NCBI GenBank assembly: GCA_050253075.1
Contig: JBFWJS010000003.1
Location: 117,458-181,457, forward strand
Length of the DNA: 64,000 nt
Source of the DNA: Deferribacterales bacterium
GTDB lineage: Bacteria > Chrysiogenota > Deferribacteres > Deferribacterales > Geovibrionaceae
Direction: 5' to 3'
Shown here: in pieces, positions 48,866 to 58,807 of the stretch
How the letters are laid out: every line of letters begins with the position of its first letter
Position numbering within the stretch: the first letter of the stretch is position 1
Position numbers and translations under genes: made by a program
The notes under the pieces: model-generated
Told to the model about the DNA's origin: nothing
Seen by the model: only the letters and a program-made list of their open reading frames with translations
The model's database searches: none

Positions 48866-49520
48866 TGATGTGTCCGTCCTTCATCTCGATGACCCTGTCT
48901 GCATACTTTGTATATTCGAGTGCGTGGGTAACCATCACCACCGAGAGGTCTTCAGAGTTAAGCTCTTTTAGTAATTCTATAATACTTTGCCCTGTATTTA
49001 TATCAAGACTTCCTGTGGGTTCATCGGCAAAAAGAATCTTCGGTCCCTTCACCAGAGCTCTGGCGATGGATACACGCTGCTGTTCCCCTCCGGAGAGCTT
49101 GCCGGGCAGTCTGTTTTCCATCCCCTTCAGCCCCACACGTTCGATGATGTGCAGTGCTTTGTCCTTTGCGGCTTTATTGACGGGAGAAACACCGGAAAGA
49201 AAAGGCAATAGCACGTTTTCCATAACGGTGAGATAAGGGAGCAGATGAAACGACTGAAAAACCACAGAGAAATCCTGCTGTCTGATCCTGTTTATCTCAC
49301 GGGCGCTTGCCTTGCCGAGGTCTCTCCCGTTATATACAACGCTCCCCGAATCGGGGCGTAAAAGGGTGCTCAGGATGTTTAGGAGAGTACTCTTTCCCGA
49401 ACCAGATCTCCCTATGATACAGGTGAAATCACCTGTGTGGATATCAAGGGAGACCCCTTTCAGAACGTTGGTGGTTGTCTCGGATACGAATGACTTTTTT
49501 ATATCTATAGCTGATAGCAT
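48831..49520 (-). CDS. LolD/MacB-type ABC ATPase
   Basis: GRSGSGKS, LSGGEQQR, ADEPTG. Confidence 0.92.
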   Translation of the reverse strand: MLSAIDIKKSFVSETTTNVLKGVSLDIHTGDFTCIIGRSGSGKSTLLNILSTLLRPDSGSVVYNGRDLGKASAREINRIRQQDFSVVFQSFHLLPYLTVMENVLLPFLSGVSPVNKAAKDKALHIIERVGLKGMENRLPGKLSGGEQQRVSIARALVKGPKILFADEPTGSLDINTGQSIIELLKELNSEDLSVVMVTHALEYTKYADRVIEMKDGHISGEQDRTAGAV

Positions 49521-49532
49521 GTTAACTCCTGT

Positions 49533-50696
49533 TTATATCTGGCTGAATACTTCTGTAGGCTGAACCTTTGTCGCCTTCAGAGCAGGTATAACGGCCGAAG
49601 CGATAGACAGAAAGCCGACAAATACGGCACAAAATGCCATGAATCCCGGGCTGAAGGCTATCTGTCCTGCACCTTCGATATCTATCCTTTTCAGCAGTTC
49701 TACACTGCTGACGTAGCCTCCCAAGTATCCTGCGATACCTGATACGATACCGATGATCATCGCTTCGAATCCAAAAATTATGAAGATCTTACTTCCGGAG
49801 TAGCCAACTGCACGCAGTATGCCTATCTCCTTCTTCCTTTCGTTCACTGCAGCCAGCATAAACATTGAGAGCATGAAACAGGCTATGACGAGTATCACGC
49901 CGCTAACCAGCATCACAAGGTGCTTCACATAGTTTATGGTGGTCATCCTTTGTTTTACGATGTTCTGCAGTGCATTTATGTCTGTGTCGGGGAGCTTTTC
50001 ATGTATCTGTGCCACGATGTCGTCGATGGGGCAACCGGAGCAGAGAGCAGCAACTTCAAAGAAGTTTACTAAATTCTCTTTGCCGACAGATTTCTGAACT
50101 GTGTGAAGGTCCGCAAATATGAGGTTGTCGTCTTCTGTTCCGGTTTTGTGTAAAATGCCTGTTATAGTTACGGTTTCGGTGCCTATCTGTACGGGGGTGT
50201 GTATCGAGACACCGAGGAGGTCAGCTGCGCGAGAGCCGATGATTGCTTCTTCCGGGCTGGCAGGCATTGCACCATCAAATGACCAGTAGCTCTTTATGCG
50301 TTTTTCTTCATCCCATAAAACGCCTGTAACAGCGACCGGTTTTTCGTTGTATTTTGCCACGGTGACGAGCTTTGGCGCCACTGTGCTTATGTTTTCTTTG
50401 TAGCCGATGCTTCTGATGGCATCGATGGTCTCTTTCTCAGGCAGGTATTTCACCTGATAGGAGAGACTTCCCATGCTGAAGCCGCCGTAGCTGACATTTA
50501 ACGAATCAGACTTTGGATAGATCAGTATGTTAGCTCCAAATTCTGTCATCTTTTTTTCCAGCGAATGTCCGATGGTCTCGGAAACATTGTAAAGCATGAC
50601 GACAGAAAGTATTCCTACGGTAAAAACTGCTGCGAGGATGCTCGTACGCAGTAATTTTCGTTTAAGGTTTCTGATGGGAAGTGTAAATATGTTCAT
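49533..50696 (-). CDS. FtsX/MacB-type ABC permease
   Basis: ERKKEIGILRAVG; periplasmic LCSGCP. Confidence 0.9.
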   Translation of the reverse strand: MNIFTLPIRNLKRKLLRTSILAAVFTVGILSVVMLYNVSETIGHSLEKKMTEFGANILIYPKSDSLNVSYGGFSMGSLSYQVKYLPEKETIDAIRSIGYKENISTVAPKLVTVAKYNEKPVAVTGVLWDEEKRIKSYWSFDGAMPASPEEAIIGSRAADLLGVSIHTPVQIGTETVTITGILHKTGTEDDNLIFADLHTVQKSVGKENLVNFFEVAALCSGCPIDDIVAQIHEKLPDTDINALQNIVKQRMTTINYVKHLVMLVSGVILVIACFMLSMFMLAAVNERKKEIGILRAVGYSGSKIFIIFGFEAMIIGIVSGIAGYLGGYVSSVELLKRIDIEGAGQIAFSPGFMAFCAVFVGFLSIASAVIPALKATKVQPTEVFSQI

Positions 50697-50708
50697 ATAT
50701 GTTATCCC

Positions 50709-51149
50709 CTAGAAATAGCCTGCGCCGGACTGTATGTCGGCCATAGTTATCACTACGTTTTCGCCTTCGGTTGTCCTGTGCAGAGGCGAGGGGTTGCATC
50801 CGCCTTTTACGATGTTGATACGGCTGGTGTGGAATCTCTGTCCGCAGTTGTTACAGATCATGTATTCGCCGTCCTGTGTGTAGCCTTTCTTTTCTTTGTA
50901 ACAAACGTCACAAGCATCGAATGCCGCTCTGATCACTCCGTCTGTGGATTTCACCACGAAGAATTTGATCTCTTTGCCTGCTGCGTTGATCTTGTAATAG
51001 TGTGCGTTGCCGTCGTTAACCTGTGAAACAGGGATAACGATCCTGCCGTTTTCTGCTTTTGCTTCGGAGTATTTATCTGAAATGCCTCCGCATGCTGCTA
51101 AAGCTGTTATCATGAGTCCTAATAAAATGATTCTGGAAAGGTTTCTCAT
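50709..51149 (-). CDS. DUF2318 Cys-rich lipoprotein
   Basis: Lipobox LAAC; AAFDACDVC, CNNCG, GGCNP. Confidence 0.85.
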   Translation of the reverse strand: MRNLSRIILLGLMITALAACGGISDKYSEAKAENGRIVIPVSQVNDGNAHYYKINAAGKEIKFFVVKSTDGVIRAAFDACDVCYKEKKGYTQDGEYMICNNCGQRFHTSRINIVKGGCNPSPLHRTTEGENVVITMADIQSGAGYF

Positions 51150-51180
51150 CCTGTCCTCCATGTTGTTTGGTTTATAAAAA

Positions 51181-51195
51181 GCAACAGGAGTGCCA
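51181..51195 (-). promoter_or_regulatory. sigma54 -24/-12 promoter
   Basis: Minus strand TGGCAC-TCCTG-TTGC matches the consensus. Confidence 0.88.
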
Positions 51196-51245
51196 GTTTG
51201 TAAATGATTGATAAATATAGCTAGAGGTTTTGCGCTTCGGCAAAA

Positions 51246-51296
51246 GTAGAGAATATTCTGCAATTTTACCTGAGGCGAGTGGAGAATATTCTACAA
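51246..51296. promoter_or_regulatory. Tandem enhancer (UAS) sites
   Basis: GTAGAGAATATTCTGCAA and GTGGAGAATATTCTACAA, 33 bp apart. Confidence 0.7.
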
Positions 51297-51322
51297 AAAA
51301 AAGCCCGCCATGATGACGGGCT
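51295..51322 (-). terminator. pheT terminator
   Basis: AGCCCGTCA-TCA-TGGCGGGCT followed by a T-run on the minus strand. Confidence 0.8.
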
Positions 51323-51386
51323 CTTATATCTATATCAGCCGACCGAAGGAAGGCGGAAATCGAAATGCACAAAAGTGCTGACTTTG

Positions 51387-53756
51387 TTAGCGGAGCTGTG
51401 CTCCGTATTCTTTTGTCATGTTCTCTATCATCTTCTGAAGTATACCGTTGGTCTCTTCGTCTGTGAGTGTTCTGTCCTCAGCGGTGAAGAGCACACGGAA
51501 AGTACGGCTGGCTTTGCCCGCCTCGATTCCTGTGCCTGTGTATACGTCAAAGAGGAAAGCATCCTCTGCGATAGGGCTTGTTGCCATTATGCACTCTATC
51601 AGCTTTTCTGTAGGAGTAGCCATGTCCACCACTACGGATATGTCTTTATAGACGGACGGGAACTTGCTGAATGACGCAAATTTGTATGTGAAAGCAGCGG
51701 CATTCACGAAGTCTTCCATGTCTATCTCAAAGAGTGTCACACGCTCACGTATGTCTGCGTCTTCCGCTTTGGAAGGGTGCAGCTCGCCGATGAAGCCGAT
51801 AGATTTACCGTTCACAATCACCTCGGCAGATTTACCGGGATGGAGGAAGGCTCTCTCTGATTTTACGAATGTAGCTTTAACCTTGTACTGATCGAGGAGG
51901 TTCTCGAGAACTCCCTTCATCATGTAGAAAGGCTCTGTCCCCTTTGGAGCTGCCCAGCCCATAGGCCAGTATTCACCTGCGGATGCACAGGCTAGCTTCA
52001 TGCGCTGTTCGGGGAGTTTCTCACCTGTTTTAACGAAGTTAGAGGCAAATTCGAAGAATCTGACCTGCTTGAATCCGTTGTTCAGGTTGTATCTGATAGT
52101 CGCCAGTACGCCTGGGAAAACCTGTGGGCGCATGGTGTTCATATCTTCGGAAATAGGGTTAAGCAGTTTGACAAACTTTGATTCGTCGTCGAACAGCTTG
52201 AGGAACTCGTCCTTCATGAAGGAGTAGTTCACGGCCTCGTTGAAGCCGAGTGTCTTCAGCTTCTGCGCCATTACCTTGCGTGTGGCAAGGAGCGGCTGCA
52301 TAGGCATAGAGTCTGCGTTTATCTTCGGCAGAGTAGTAGGGATGTTGTTGTATCCGTACATTCTGGCTATCTCTTCTGCTATGTCCTGACGTGTGCAGAT
52401 GTCCACTCTGTATGACGGAGCTGTTATCGTTATGTCACGTCCGTTTACCACAGGCTGAAGTGCCAGCCCGCCGAGTATCTCGATCATCTGCTCGAGTGAT
52501 ACGTCTGTGCCGAGATAGCTGTTTATCCAGTCTGCATTCACAGTGAAGGATACCTTCGCAGGTTCGCTGTATTCGCCGAGCACGCCTTTGCATACCTTTC
52601 CGCCGCAGAGCTCCTGAAGCAGATAGGCTGCGTATTCACACATTTCTTTGGTGTTTACGGGGTCAATGCCTCTCTCATATCTGTATGAGGCGTCTGTCTG
52701 CATGCCGAGCTTTCTGGCTGTCATGCGTGTCTGTTTCGGCTCGAAGTATGCACACTCGAGGAAAACGTCTTTTGTATCTTTGCTGATGCCCGAGTGCTCA
52801 CCGCCCATGACGCCTGCCACAGCGAGTGATTTCTTCTCGTCTGTGATGAGGAGCATGCTGTCGTTGAACTCACGCTCTTTTTCGTCGAGGGTGAGGAGTT
52901 TTTCGCCGTTTTCAGCGTTACGCACGATTATCTTACCGTCGATCTCTTTCAGGTCGAAAGTGTGCAGGGGCTGACCGTATTCGAAAAGCACATAGTTTGT
53001 GATGTCTACGACGTTGCTGATGGGGCGCACGCCCACTGCACGCAGTCTGTTCTGCATCCAGAGCGGCGAAGGCTTGATAATAACGTCTTTGATAACACGT
53101 CCGAGGTATGTCGGACATGCTGTTTTATTCTTTATCTCGACTCCGCCGTAGTTCACTACTGCGTCGTCTGTTTCGTTTATGGTGAATTCGTTCTTTTTCA
53201 GCTCACGTCCGTAGAGTGCCGCCACTTCACGGGCATAGCCTATGATGCTGAGGCAGTCTGCACGGTTTGGCGTGATGCCTATCTCGAGTACTGTGTCGGG
53301 CAGTCCGAACAGCTCGTTAACGGGTGTGCCCGCCTCGAGGCTGTCGTCGAGTATCATGATACCGCCGTGGTCTTCGGAAAGACCGATCTCGTCCTCGGCA
53401 CATATCATACCGAAGGATTCAAGACCGCGTATCTTTGCTTTTTTGATTTTGAAATCGCCTGGCAGTACTGCGCCTACTTTGGCGAAAACGACTGTCTGGC
53501 CTGCGGCTACGTTCGGCGCACCGCATACAACCTGCCATGTTTCCTCACCGTCGAATACTTTTGTGAGGGAGAGCTTATCGGCATCAGGGTGCTTTCCGCA
53601 TTCCATGACCTTAGCCACGACAACGTTATCCAGAGCGCTGAGGTGCTCAACAGCATCGACTTCAAGACCGCACATCGTCAGCTTTTCAGCTATATCTTTA
53701 GGGTCGAGGTCTGATACTTCTACGAATTTATTTAACCAGTTTAAACTTACTTTCAT
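51387..53756 (-). CDS. pheT: Phenylalanyl-tRNA synthetase beta subunit
   Basis: HPDADKL, CGAPN, TPNRADC, FDX-ACB C-terminus. Confidence 0.97.
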   Translation of the reverse strand: MKVSLNWLNKFVEVSDLDPKDIAEKLTMCGLEVDAVEHLSALDNVVVAKVMECGKHPDADKLSLTKVFDGEETWQVVCGAPNVAAGQTVVFAKVGAVLPGDFKIKKAKIRGLESFGMICAEDEIGLSEDHGGIMILDDSLEAGTPVNELFGLPDTVLEIGITPNRADCLSIIGYAREVAALYGRELKKNEFTINETDDAVVNYGGVEIKNKTACPTYLGRVIKDVIIKPSPLWMQNRLRAVGVRPISNVVDITNYVLFEYGQPLHTFDLKEIDGKIIVRNAENGEKLLTLDEKEREFNDSMLLITDEKKSLAVAGVMGGEHSGISKDTKDVFLECAYFEPKQTRMTARKLGMQTDASYRYERGIDPVNTKEMCEYAAYLLQELCGGKVCKGVLGEYSEPAKVSFTVNADWINSYLGTDVSLEQMIEILGGLALQPVVNGRDITITAPSYRVDICTRQDIAEEIARMYGYNNIPTTLPKINADSMPMQPLLATRKVMAQKLKTLGFNEAVNYSFMKDEFLKLFDDESKFVKLLNPISEDMNTMRPQVFPGVLATIRYNLNNGFKQVRFFEFASNFVKTGEKLPEQRMKLACASAGEYWPMGWAAPKGTEPFYMMKGVLENLLDQYKVKATFVKSERAFLHPGKSAEVIVNGKSIGFIGELHPSKAEDADIRERVTLFEIDMEDFVNAAAFTYKFASFSKFPSVYKDISVVVDMATPTEKLIECIMATSPIAEDAFLFDVYTGTGIEAGKASRTFRVLFTAEDRTLTDEETNGILQKMIENMTKEYGAQLR

Positions 53757-53768
53757 TTCATATCCCCC

Positions 53769-54782
53769 TTAGAACTGCCTTAAGAATTTCAGGTGGTTTT
53801 CAAAGAAAGAGCGGAGGTCGCCTATGCCGTATTTCAGCATTGCGATACGCTCGATACCCATTCCGAAGGCAAATCCGGAGTAAACACCGGGCTCGTATCC
53901 CGCATGGCGGTAGAGCTCGTCGTTACACATACCGGAGCCGAGGATCTCTATCCAGCCTGTGCCCTTACACACACGGCATCCCGACCCGCCGCATATGGTA
54001 CATCCCATGTCTACCTCAGCCGAAGGCTCGGTGAAAGGGAAGAAGCTAGGACGGAAACGTACCGGTACGTTAGAGCCGAACATGCTCTGTATGAAGTGTG
54101 TCAGCGTACCTTTAAGGTCTGCGAATGTGACGTTTTTATCGACAAGGAGACCCTCAACCTGATGGAACATAGGTGTGTGGGTGATGTCGTAGTCGCATCT
54201 GTAAACCTTGCCCGGTGCGATGATCTTTATCGGAGGAGTTTTGCTCTCCATCACTCTCGCCTGAACGGGGGAGGTGTGTGTACGGAGCAGAACGTCGTCA
54301 GATATATAGAATGTATCCTGCATGTCTCTCGCAGGGTGCTCCTGCGGGATGTTCAGCATTTCAAAGTTGTAAAGGTCGAGCTCGACCTCTGGGCCGACAG
54401 CCACTTCGAAGCCCATAGAGCCGAAGATGTCTGCTATTTCATAATATATAGACATGATAGGGTGCTGAGAGCCTGTGTGCATAGGGAAGCCTTCCATTGT
54501 GATGTCGAGGGCTTCATTCACGAGCTTTGCGTCCATTTCGGATTTCGCCAGTTCGCTCTCTTTTTCAGCAAACAGAGCTTCAAATCCGTTTCTCAGTTCG
54601 CCTATCTTCATTCCGAATTCTTTTTTATCCTCGTTGGCCACGTCTTTGAGCTGTTTGCTCATTCCGCTGATCAGACCCTTTTTACCGAGGTATTTTACTT
54701 TGACCTGATAAAGTTCGTCAGAGGTCTTTGCGGAGGCTATCTCCTGCTCGTACCCCTTGATACTGCTGATATCTAATTCCAC
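53769..54782 (-). CDS. pheS: Phenylalanyl-tRNA synthetase alpha subunit
   Basis: HPARDMQDTFY, LRTHTS, FPFTEPS, GFAFGMGIER. Confidence 0.97.
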   Translation of the reverse strand: MELDISSIKGYEQEIASAKTSDELYQVKVKYLGKKGLISGMSKQLKDVANEDKKEFGMKIGELRNGFEALFAEKESELAKSEMDAKLVNEALDITMEGFPMHTGSQHPIMSIYYEIADIFGSMGFEVAVGPEVELDLYNFEMLNIPQEHPARDMQDTFYISDDVLLRTHTSPVQARVMESKTPPIKIIAPGKVYRCDYDITHTPMFHQVEGLLVDKNVTFADLKGTLTHFIQSMFGSNVPVRFRPSFFPFTEPSAEVDMGCTICGGSGCRVCKGTGWIEILGSGMCNDELYRHAGYEPGVYSGFAFGMGIERIAMLKYGIGDLRSFFENHLKFLRQF

Positions 54783-54944
54783 TGTAAACTCCGTGAATTA
54801 ATGATTTTCTGAATATAACGTTTTACTTGAATAGACGTACAGTTTCAACAGCAAATATAAGGTCAACAGGTATTAGAGGATAAAATAATAAGATTTATAG
54901 AGGGCAGGGCGGCTGCCTGCCCTATTAGTTATGATGTTTTGTGT

Positions 54945-55487
54945 TTACAGCATCTGTAAAAGCTTTTCGGCGTGCTCTTCAGCTCTCTTGGCAATGTCGT
55001 CTTTATCGCCTCGAATACCGGGGATATAGCCAACATCGTAGGAGACCAGAGCTTCATATTTCATCCCTGTCATCTTTGCCGACTGCTCCATATGTTTCAG
55101 TAAAAGCTCTATTTTGAATGTATCGTCATTTTCTGTTGTATATGCTATTTCTGGAGCGCCTGTTGTCGTAGATATGATGAGCCTTTTTCCGTGAAGTTTT
55201 GTCCCTGTGGAACCGTGGGCAAAGCCGTATGTTAAGACTTCGTCCATCCATTCTTTTAAAATACCGGGAACCGAATACCAGAAAAATGGAAACTGGAAAA
55301 CAACATTGTCAGCCTCCAGCAGGGCTTTCTGTTCTGCTTCGACATCAATTTTAAAATCTGGATAGAGAGCTTTGATGTCTCTTACGGACACGTTCGGGGC
55401 TGTTTTCAGCTTAGAGATAATAGCCCTGTTTGCAATAGATTCATCATTGAGACTTGGGTGACCGGATATTACCAGTGTCTTAGCCAT
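54945..55487 (-). CDS. NAD(P)H:quinone oxidoreductase, flavodoxin-2 (KefF/KefG-like)
   Basis: GHP; QFPFFWYSVPGILKEWMD; TTTGA. Confidence 0.88.
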   Translation of the reverse strand: MAKTLVISGHPSLNDESIANRAIISKLKTAPNVSVRDIKALYPDFKIDVEAEQKALLEADNVVFQFPFFWYSVPGILKEWMDEVLTYGFAHGSTGTKLHGKRLIISTTTGAPEIAYTTENDDTFKIELLLKHMEQSAKMTGMKYEALVSYDVGYIPGIRGDKDDIAKRAEEHAEKLLQML

Positions 55488-55534
55488 TAGTTCTACTCCT
55501 TTGCATGCGCATGCATGCGTTATAGCAAAATTTT

Positions 55535-55972
55535 TTATTTAGAGTTGAGCTTTTCGTCAGCTCTCCTTACTGCTGCTGTTAAAATGTCTGATTCTTCCTG
55601 TCCGAGTATTTCTACATAGTCTTTATAGGTGTCTCTCCAGGCAGATTTTACTTCTAGTATGAACTCTTTGCATTTTTCAGTTGCGGACACGACTGCCAGT
55701 TTTCCTTCCTGAGATTTTTCAAGATAGCCTTCACGTACCATACCGTCTACGAACCTGCTGACGGTGGATTGTGCCAGATGAAGGTGCTCTCCAAGTTCTT
55801 TCTGTGATATCCCCGGTTTTTCTATAGCAAGCATAAGCAGGAATCCTTCAGATGGGCATATTCCTACCTTACTGAAGTTTTTATCGGTCAGTCTGGTTAT
55901 GCTTCTCGCTAACGAGTTCACTGAGAAGAACAGGCAGTTACTAAAGTAATGTTGGAGGTCTAAGTTTTTCAT
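55535..55972 (-). CDS. MarR-family regulator
   Basis: CLFFSVNSLAR; SQKELGEHLHLAQSTVSR wHTH. Confidence 0.88.
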   Translation of the reverse strand: MKNLDLQHYFSNCLFFSVNSLARSITRLTDKNFSKVGICPSEGFLLMLAIEKPGISQKELGEHLHLAQSTVSRFVDGMVREGYLEKSQEGKLAVVSATEKCKEFILEVKSAWRDTYKDYVEILGQEESDILTAAVRRADEKLNSK

Positions 55973-56237
55973 ATCTTCCATGTATGTGCATACATAAGGC
56001 AGCTTTAGAAAAAACACAAGCATTTTTTAAAAAAAGATTATGGAGTTTTTGTATAGATTGCCCGCCTGTTTTTTGCCTAAATGGAGCTAAATGTGGATTA
56101 GAGGCGGATTTAAGCATTTTGCTTTATACCGAATGTCCCTTTTTACTAACGTTTTAAGGGGGATGTAAGGGAAATATGAATTCACATCTCCATACTATCT
56201 GCACAATTAAGACAAAATCTCCTTAATTGCCAATATC

Positions 56238-56264
56238 TTAAGGGATGCTTTTTATTTCCGATAT
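56238..56264 (+). promoter_or_regulatory. Putative sigma28 promoter
   Basis: TTAAG-N14-TCCGATAT. Confidence 0.6.
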
Positions 56265-56300
56265 GACATGCAGGCAAAGAATGCTGACAAGGAGGTCGAC

Positions 56301-56732
56301 ATGAGTATTTCATCAATAGGTATGTCCTATTCAACGTTGCAGCAAACTTCCGCGTTGACCATAAAAGGTCAGGAAAGCGCAACTAACGAAGAAAAGTCCT
56401 CAAGCTCCGTTACCAGTACGGGCAATATGGACACAGTCACCCTGACAGAGGAAGCCTCTCAGGATTATAAGATAGGCAGTGATACTGTTTCAAAATCTGA
56501 ATTTGACCAGTATGACACAGACGGTGACGGAGAGATAAGCGCATCCGAACAGGCCGCTTATGAAGCTGACCAGGCCGATGCCGCTTCTGAAGAGGATTCT
56601 GATCTCGCTCTCATAGAGTCTCTTGAAGAAGATCAGGACGAAGACGAAGAAGAGTCTGCTGCTATGTATTCCCCATACGGGAGCATGAGCGTCAGAGGAG
56701 AATCAGGAGCTTCTGTTAACGCAACAGCTTAG
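56301..56732 (+). CDS. Acidic EF-hand-like protein, putatively sigma28-dependent
   Basis: AGGAGG RBS; DTDGDGEISASE loop; C-terminal GASVNATA. Confidence 0.72.
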   Translation: MSISSIGMSYSTLQQTSALTIKGQESATNEEKSSSSVTSTGNMDTVTLTEEASQDYKIGSDTVSKSEFDQYDTDGDGEISASEQAAYEADQADAASEEDSDLALIESLEEDQDEDEEESAAMYSPYGSMSVRGESGASVNATA

Positions 56733-56805
56733 AACTGATACCATTTGATCCTGTCAAAGTTTAAGAAAGGGGGCAAGCAGCCAGCCCCCTTTTTTATATC
56801 TATTA

Positions 56806-57258
56806 CTACTTATTCAGCTTTTCAGCGACCAGCTTATCCAGAGCGAATTTACCGCCGCCGCTTATAGCCACTGCCAGAGCAAGTCCCACTGCGAGGATAT
56901 GGTATTCATAGCCTTCACCCTGCTGTGTGCCGAACCAGTTCATGAAGAAGCCGTTTGGCAGGTGTACCATCAGAGCACCTATGCCCACTGTTACGCCCAC
57001 GCCTATCGCAGCCAGCCTTGTGAAGAGGCCTGCTATGACTGCAGCTGCGCCCAGTGACTCGGCCAGCACAGCGAGCAGTGCGAATATATACGGTATGCCC
57101 ATCTGCTGTGTGAAGAAGCCCATAGTACCTTCGAATCCGAATCCGCCGAACCATCCGAAAACTTTCTGGAGTCCGTGGGGGAGGATAACTATGCCTAGTG
57201 TCAGTCTTGCCACTAAAGCTGCGTATGAATCTTTTGTTTCAAATATCTTTCTTATCAT
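56806..57258 (-). CDS. DoxX-family membrane protein
   Basis: PHGLQKVFGWFGG, GLFTRLAA, GYEYH. Confidence 0.9.
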   Translation of the reverse strand: MIRKIFETKDSYAALVARLTLGIVILPHGLQKVFGWFGGFGFEGTMGFFTQQMGIPYIFALLAVLAESLGAAAVIAGLFTRLAAIGVGVTVGIGALMVHLPNGFFMNWFGTQQGEGYEYHILAVGLALAVAISGGGKFALDKLVAEKLNK

Positions 57259-57445
57259 TTTATATCTCCTTAAAACATCTAGTTAGATTTAATCTCTGAA
57301 ACTAAATCTAATTAGATATAAATTTTATGCAAGAGGTAATTTTGAAAAAGTTTAGATTTTTATATTGCGTGGCATCTATATCTAGCTAGATTATTGATAT
57401 AGGGGCTTTGCCCGAGTGGTTCATTATTATTATACGGAGAACAAA

Positions 57446-58033
57446 ATGAAGAAAATCTTATTCAGCATAATAGCTTTGGCTATGTTTACGACAGTTGCCA
57501 CGGCATCAGAGTGGGATATCGATCCCGATCATTCTAATACATATTTCAGCGTAAAGCACATGATGATAGCGGATGTGCACGGAATGTTTCCTAATGTGGA
57601 AGGGAAGGTTACCATCGATGATGCAGACATCACAAAGTCTAAGGTAGACGTTGTCATAGGCGTTAACTCCCTTGATACAGGGGTGGAAGCTAGGGATAAG
57701 CATCTGCGAACCCCTGATTTTTTCGACCTTGAGAACTTTCCCGTTATGAGATTCACATCTACAAAGGTTATACAAAAGCCTGACGGCGGACTCACCGTCG
57801 AGGGTAAACTCACCATCAGAGGTAATACGAGCCCCGTCACTCTGGACGTTGCTGAACTTTCAGAGGTCATAACAGACCCGTGGGGGAATAAGCGCAGAGG
57901 TATCAAAGCCACAACAAAGCTGAACAGATACGACTTCGGCGTTTCATGGAGCGGAAAGCTGCCTAACGGAGCAGACCTTGTCGGCAGTGAGATAAACATC
58001 ACCATAGATGCCGAGGTGATCGAGCATAAATAA
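57446..58033 (+). CDS. YceI-family protein
   Basis: Signal peptide; IDPDHS..F.VKH; RDKHLR..DFF; GKLTIRG. Confidence 0.92.
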   Translation: MKKILFSIIALAMFTTVATASEWDIDPDHSNTYFSVKHMMIADVHGMFPNVEGKVTIDDADITKSKVDVVIGVNSLDTGVEARDKHLRTPDFFDLENFPVMRFTSTKVIQKPDGGLTVEGKLTIRGNTSPVTLDVAELSEVITDPWGNKRRGIKATTKLNRYDFGVSWSGKLPNGADLVGSEINITIDAEVIEHK

Positions 58034-58066
58034 ACCATTTAAAGCGGTTCTTCGGAGCCGCTTTTT

Positions 58067-58807
58067 TTATATCATCAGTTTTAAAATTAGTATTGTTCCC
58101 ATGACTAAAAGGAAGTATAGCACTGTCTTTTTATGTGCCGACACAGACATTCTCTGCTGTATGCGCCCGCCTATATAAACAGCACCTAATACAGGGATGA
58201 GCCCGAGTATTGCGGTGATTATCATGTGGGGCTGTATGAATCCGAGCTTCTTCATTCCTATCAGCACGACGAAGCTGGCCATTGTGAAATATATATTTAT
58301 CGACTGTATGAAGAGCTTCTTATCCATATCAAGTGCCAGCAGAAAGGGAAGGGAAGGCATAACCTGTGAGCCTGTGAGACCGTTTACAAACCCTGTGCAG
58401 AATCCTGCAGGGATCTTTAATAGCATTTCAGCTTTTTCAGAGAGTATCGAGTCGTGCTTCGTAAGTGCATATCCTGCATAAGATATCAGTATTATACCCA
58501 GAGCAGCCTTTGCTATCTGCACATTTATAAGAGCTAGTACGGATATGCCGAGAATAAGCCCCGGGATGCTCGCAAGGTATAACGGGTAAAACCGCCTGAC
58601 TGCCTCACGGAAATGTCCTGCCTGTATCATTACCGATATGTTGCTGACGATGGACGGGATTATCACCAGAGGTATAGCTATCTTCAGATCCAGCCTGAGC
58701 GCCATAATAGGAAGACACGAAGTTGAAAAGCCAACGCCCGTGAGACCTTTTATCAAGCCTGCTACAGCGTACGCCGTGAAAATTATAATATAATCTGCTT
58801 CGCTCAT
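58067..58807 (-). CDS. TauE/SafE-family membrane protein
   Basis: AGLIKGLTGVG and GFVNGLTG repeats; about 8 TM. Confidence 0.82.
   Translation of the reverse strand: MSEADYIIIFTAYAVAGLIKGLTGVGFSTSCLPIMALRLDLKIAIPLVIIPSIVSNISVMIQAGHFREAVRRFYPLYLASIPGLILGISVLALINVQIAKAALGIILISYAGYALTKHDSILSEKAEMLLKIPAGFCTGFVNGLTGSQVMPSLPFLLALDMDKKLFIQSINIYFTMASFVVLIGMKKLGFIQPHMIITAILGLIPVLGAVYIGGRIQQRMSVSAHKKTVLYFLLVMGTILILKLMI

Noticed and set aside
53793..54776. 327-aa plus-strand ORF
   Set aside because: Antisense shadow of pheS with no recognisable motifs.
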